A program made the translations under genes and the position numbers. DNA of 64,000 nucleotides, from NCBI GenBank assembly GCA_963825545.1, contig CAWGTR010000006.1, positions 223,475 through 287,474 on the forward strand, in the 5' to 3' direction. The notes under the pieces are model-generated. The model did no database searches. It was not told the origin of the DNA and was given only the letters and a program-made list of their open reading frames with translations. Below, piece after piece: positions 59,210 to 64,000 of this stretch; within the stretch, counting starts at the first letter, position 1; each line of letters opens with the position of its first letter. The DNA comes from an uncultured Chloroflexia bacterium (GTDB lineage: Bacteria > Chloroflexota > Limnocylindria > Limnocylindrales > CSP1-4).

Positions 59210-60342
59210 CGGCGCCCGCCGCCGGCCCGTCCGACGGCTCGTCCCCGACGTCCTCGGTCGCGACCCGCTCGAGCTCGGCCAGCATGAACGTGTCGAGGTC
59301 GCCGTCGAGCACCGCCGTGGTGTTGCTCGTCTCGACGTCCGTCCGGAGGTCCTTGACCATCTGGTAGGGGTGGAGCACGTAGCTCCGGATCTGGTTGCCC
59401 CAGCCGGCCTCGACGTGCTCGCCCTTGAGCGCCCGTAGCTCGGCCTCCTTCTCCTCGAGCGCGCGCTCGAGGAGGCGGGCCTTGAGGACCTTGATCGCCG
59501 TCTCCTTGTTCTGGGTCTGCGACCGCTCGTTCTGGCTCTGGGCGACGATGCCGGTCGGGAGATGGGTCAGCCGGACCGCCGAGTCGGTCTTGTTGACGTG
59601 CTGGCCGCCGGCGCCCTGGCTCCGGTACGTGTCGACCCGGATCTCGTCCCAGTCGAGCTCGATCTCGACGTCGTCGTCGACCTCCGGCAGGACCTCGACG
59701 AGGGCGAACGTCGTCTGGCGCCGGTTCTGGGCGTCGAACGGGCTGATCCGGACGAGGCGATGGACGCCTCGCTCGGCGCGCAGGAAGCCGTACGCGCGAC
59801 GGCCGTTGATCTCGATCGTGGCGCTCTTGATCCCGGCCTGCTCGCCCTCCTGGCGGTCGACGATCTCGGTCTTGAAGCGATGCCGGTCCGCCCAGCGGAG
59901 GTACATCCGCAGCAGCATGTCGGCCCAGTCGGTGGCCTCGGTCCCGCCAGCGCCGGCGCTGATCGACAGGATCGCCGACCGGTCGTCGTAGGCGCCCGAG
60001 AAGAGGAGCTGCGCCCGGGCCGTGACCAGATCGCGGTCGAGCTGGCGCGACTTCGACTCGAGCTCGGCCTCGAGCTCCGGATCGGCGGACTCCTCGATGA
60101 GCTCGATGAGGGTGGGCAGCTCGTCGGCGCGCGACTCGAGGTCGCGCCAAAGGCCGATCTCCTCGCGCAGCCCGTCGGCTTCGCGGAGGACGGCCTGCGC
60201 CGTCTGCGGGTCGTCCCAGAACCCCGGTTCCTGGGTCAGCGCCTCGAGCTGAGCGACCCGCGACGCCTTGGCGTCGAGGTCAAAGACGCCCCGAGGTCGA
60301 CCGGATCCGCTCGGCCAGGTCCCGAACGGCTGAGGCGTCCAC
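59202..60342 (-). CDS. prfB: peptide chain release factor 2, with programmed +1 frameshift
   Basis: ORF1 is GTG 60342 ... GGG CGT CTT TGA (20 codons). The +1 frame continues DLDAKASRVAQLEALTQEPGFWDD...SAGAGGTEATDWADML...SQGAGGQHVNKTDSAVRLTHLPTG...SYVL. 60281-59202 is in frame (360 codons). Confidence 0.95.
60279..60292 (-). promoter_or_regulatory. prfB recoding site: GGGG cgu CUU UGA C
   Basis: A Shine-Dalgarno-like GGGG lies 3 nt before the CUU UGA C slippery/stop context, the same layout as the classical RF2 autoregulatory site. Confidence 0.9.
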
Positions 60343-60570
60343 CTAGGACCGGCTCGCCTGGGCTTCCTGGAGCAGGATCGGGCGGAGCTCGATGAGCCGC
60401 AGGGCGGTCTTGCTCCGGGCGACGACGGGGTTCACGCAGGGGCAGTAGCTGTTGTGGGGGCAGATGCCGCAGTTGCCATCACAGTCCAGGGCGGCGGCGT
60501 AGCTGCAGTTCCGACAATCGCGCTCGCAGGCGATGAGATCGATGAAGGACGCTTCCTCGGCCTGCTTCAC
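60343..60570 (-). CDS. small Cys-rich protein (75 aa) with twin CX3CX2C motifs
   Basis: GTG 60570 is preceded by AGAGGGA. The sequence is MKQAEEASFIDLIACERDCRNCSYAAALDCDGNCGICPHNSYCPCVNPVV..., with GC3-rich codons only from this GTG on. The TAG stop abuts the prfB GTG (TAGGTG). Confidence 0.6.
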   Translation of the reverse strand: MKQAEEASFIDLIACERDCRNCSYAAALDCDGNCGICPHNSYCPCVNPVVARSKTALRLIELRPILLQEAQASRS

Positions 60571-60664
60571 GAGTCCCTCTCTAAGTGGGCGGGGAACATC
60601 GGCGCGGTGTCTCGGGGAGTGATCGGAACCGGCCCCCTCCGGGCGGTCCGACGCAACTTGGCCC

Positions 60665-60693
60665 AGTATACCGGCGCAATCCCGCCACGCCAA
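60665..60693 (-). promoter_or_regulatory. sigma-70-like promoter: TTGGCG, 17 nt spacer, TATACT
   Basis: -35 at 60693-60688 and -10 at 60670-60665, in the 150-nt gap upstream of the small Cys-rich gene and prfB. Confidence 0.5.
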
Positions 60694-60719
60694 GAGGGGA
60701 AACGATTTCACGCGCCGAT

Positions 60720-61340
60720 TCAGCGCGGTTCGTTGAGCTCTCCTGCGGGTGACCCGCCGACGGTGAAATAGAGCGCGAGTGCGCCGAGCTCGTGGACGTA
60801 GGCGGCCGCCAGGCGCCCCGGGTTCGCGGCGACCGGGCTCGTCGGAGTCGCTGAGCCCCAGCCCTGGATGCCGAGGTCCGCGGCCATCCGCAGGACGCGC
60901 AGCATGTGCGGCGGGTCGGACACGAAGACCGCGTCGTCGACCGACTTCTGGCGCAGGATCGCGGCCACCGACTGGAGCGACTCGAGCGTGCTCCGTCCGT
61001 GGTCCTCGACGAGGATTCGATCCTCGGGCACGCCCCGCTCGAGGGCGTACTTGCGGGCGACCGCGGCCTCGGTCGTCCGGTCGCCGTCGGCCTTGCCGCC
61101 GGTGACCACGAACCAGCGGTAGTTGCCGGTCAGGAACAGGGCGACGGCATGGTCGAGCCGGGCCGCAAGGACCGGCGACGGGCGCCCGTCGTACTGCGCC
61201 GCGCCCAGGACGACGATCGCGTCGGCCGGACGGCGCTCGTCGATCTGCCCCTGGTCCCAGATCCGGTATGCCCCGAACGCGCCCGCGGCGGCGACAATCG
61301 CGAGGCCGACGAAGCAGATGCGGCCGAGATCGCGGATCAC
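60720..61340 (-). CDS. YdcF/ElyC-like DUF218 family protein
   Basis: N-terminal TM; ADAIVVLGAAQYDGRPSPVLAARLDHAVALF...VVTGG...E...VSDPPHMLR. Confidence 0.75.
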   Translation of the reverse strand: MIRDLGRICFVGLAIVAAAGAFGAYRIWDQGQIDERRPADAIVVLGAAQYDGRPSPVLAARLDHAVALFLTGNYRWFVVTGGKADGDRTTEAAVARKYALERGVPEDRILVEDHGRSTLESLQSVAAILRQKSVDDAVFVSDPPHMLRVLRMAADLGIQGWGSATPTSPVAANPGRLAAAYVHELGALALYFTVGGSPAGELNEPR

Positions 61341-61368
61341 GCGATCGGTCGGTGCGGCGAGCCCTCGC

Positions 61369-64000
<2,632 letters not shown>

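Noticed and set aside
56144-59287. 1047-aa plus-strand ORF
   Set aside because: It is antisense to ftsX, ftsE and the GNAT gene, and is Arg/Asp/Glu-rich with no motifs.
60571-60711. Longer 122-aa version of the Cys-rich ORF starting at ATG 60711
   Set aside because: The extra 47 codons use AT-ending codons atypical for this genome (aaa, ttt, ata, caa, aga) and contain the TTGGCG/TATACT promoter. GTG 60570, with its own SD, fits better.

Overview
This is a very GC-rich bacterial chromosome segment with Actinomycetota/Chloroflexota-like gene content, covering the replication-origin neighbourhood. Stop codons are rare in all six frames, so many long Arg/Pro/Gly-rich antisense ORFs in the track are artefacts. 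Genuine frames were picked by conserved motifs, GC3-rich codons and start/stop coupling. Gene order, left to right:
- glpX 3' end, a small ORF, folK, a frame-broken hypothetical gene, and a MidA/NDUFAF7-like methyltransferase.
- A 13-gene complex I operon in non-canonical order with a rebuilt electron-input module: nuoABCD-H-[I::E']-F'-[G'::GltD-like]-JKLMN.
- otsB, a sortase-like exported protein, corA and an MFS pump.
- An ArsR-headed, translationally coupled phosphatidylinositol/PIM-type operon: PIP synthase, ino1, two acyltransferases, a PHP phosphoesterase and a GT4.
- A block of GT-C membrane glycosyltransferases, including an 1814-aa double GT-C with an inserted beta-propeller, plus a polyprenyl-phosphate sugar synthase.
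- BFN nuclease, rhomboid, and a pseudo-PP2C/TM/propeller protein.
- DUF721-recF-dnaN-[candidate oriC]-dnaA, then rpmH-rnpA-yidD-yidC-jag.
- vanW, a flavodoxin-like gene, ssrA (tmRNA)-smpB, ctpA, ftsX-ftsE and a GNAT gene.
- prfB with its programmed +1 frameshift, a small twin-CX3CX2C protein, a DUF218 gene, and the secA 3' part.

I saw no CRISPR array, transposase, integrase or prophage signal. Four conserved genes are interrupted by single-base frame changes, three of them at short homopolymers, and recF lacks a canonical start codon, so draft-quality sequence is likely. The most unusual content is the remodelled two-flavin N-module of complex I. Second is the consolidated PI/PIM plus GT-C glycolipid or glycoprotein supercluster, which contains a candidate PIP phosphatase.
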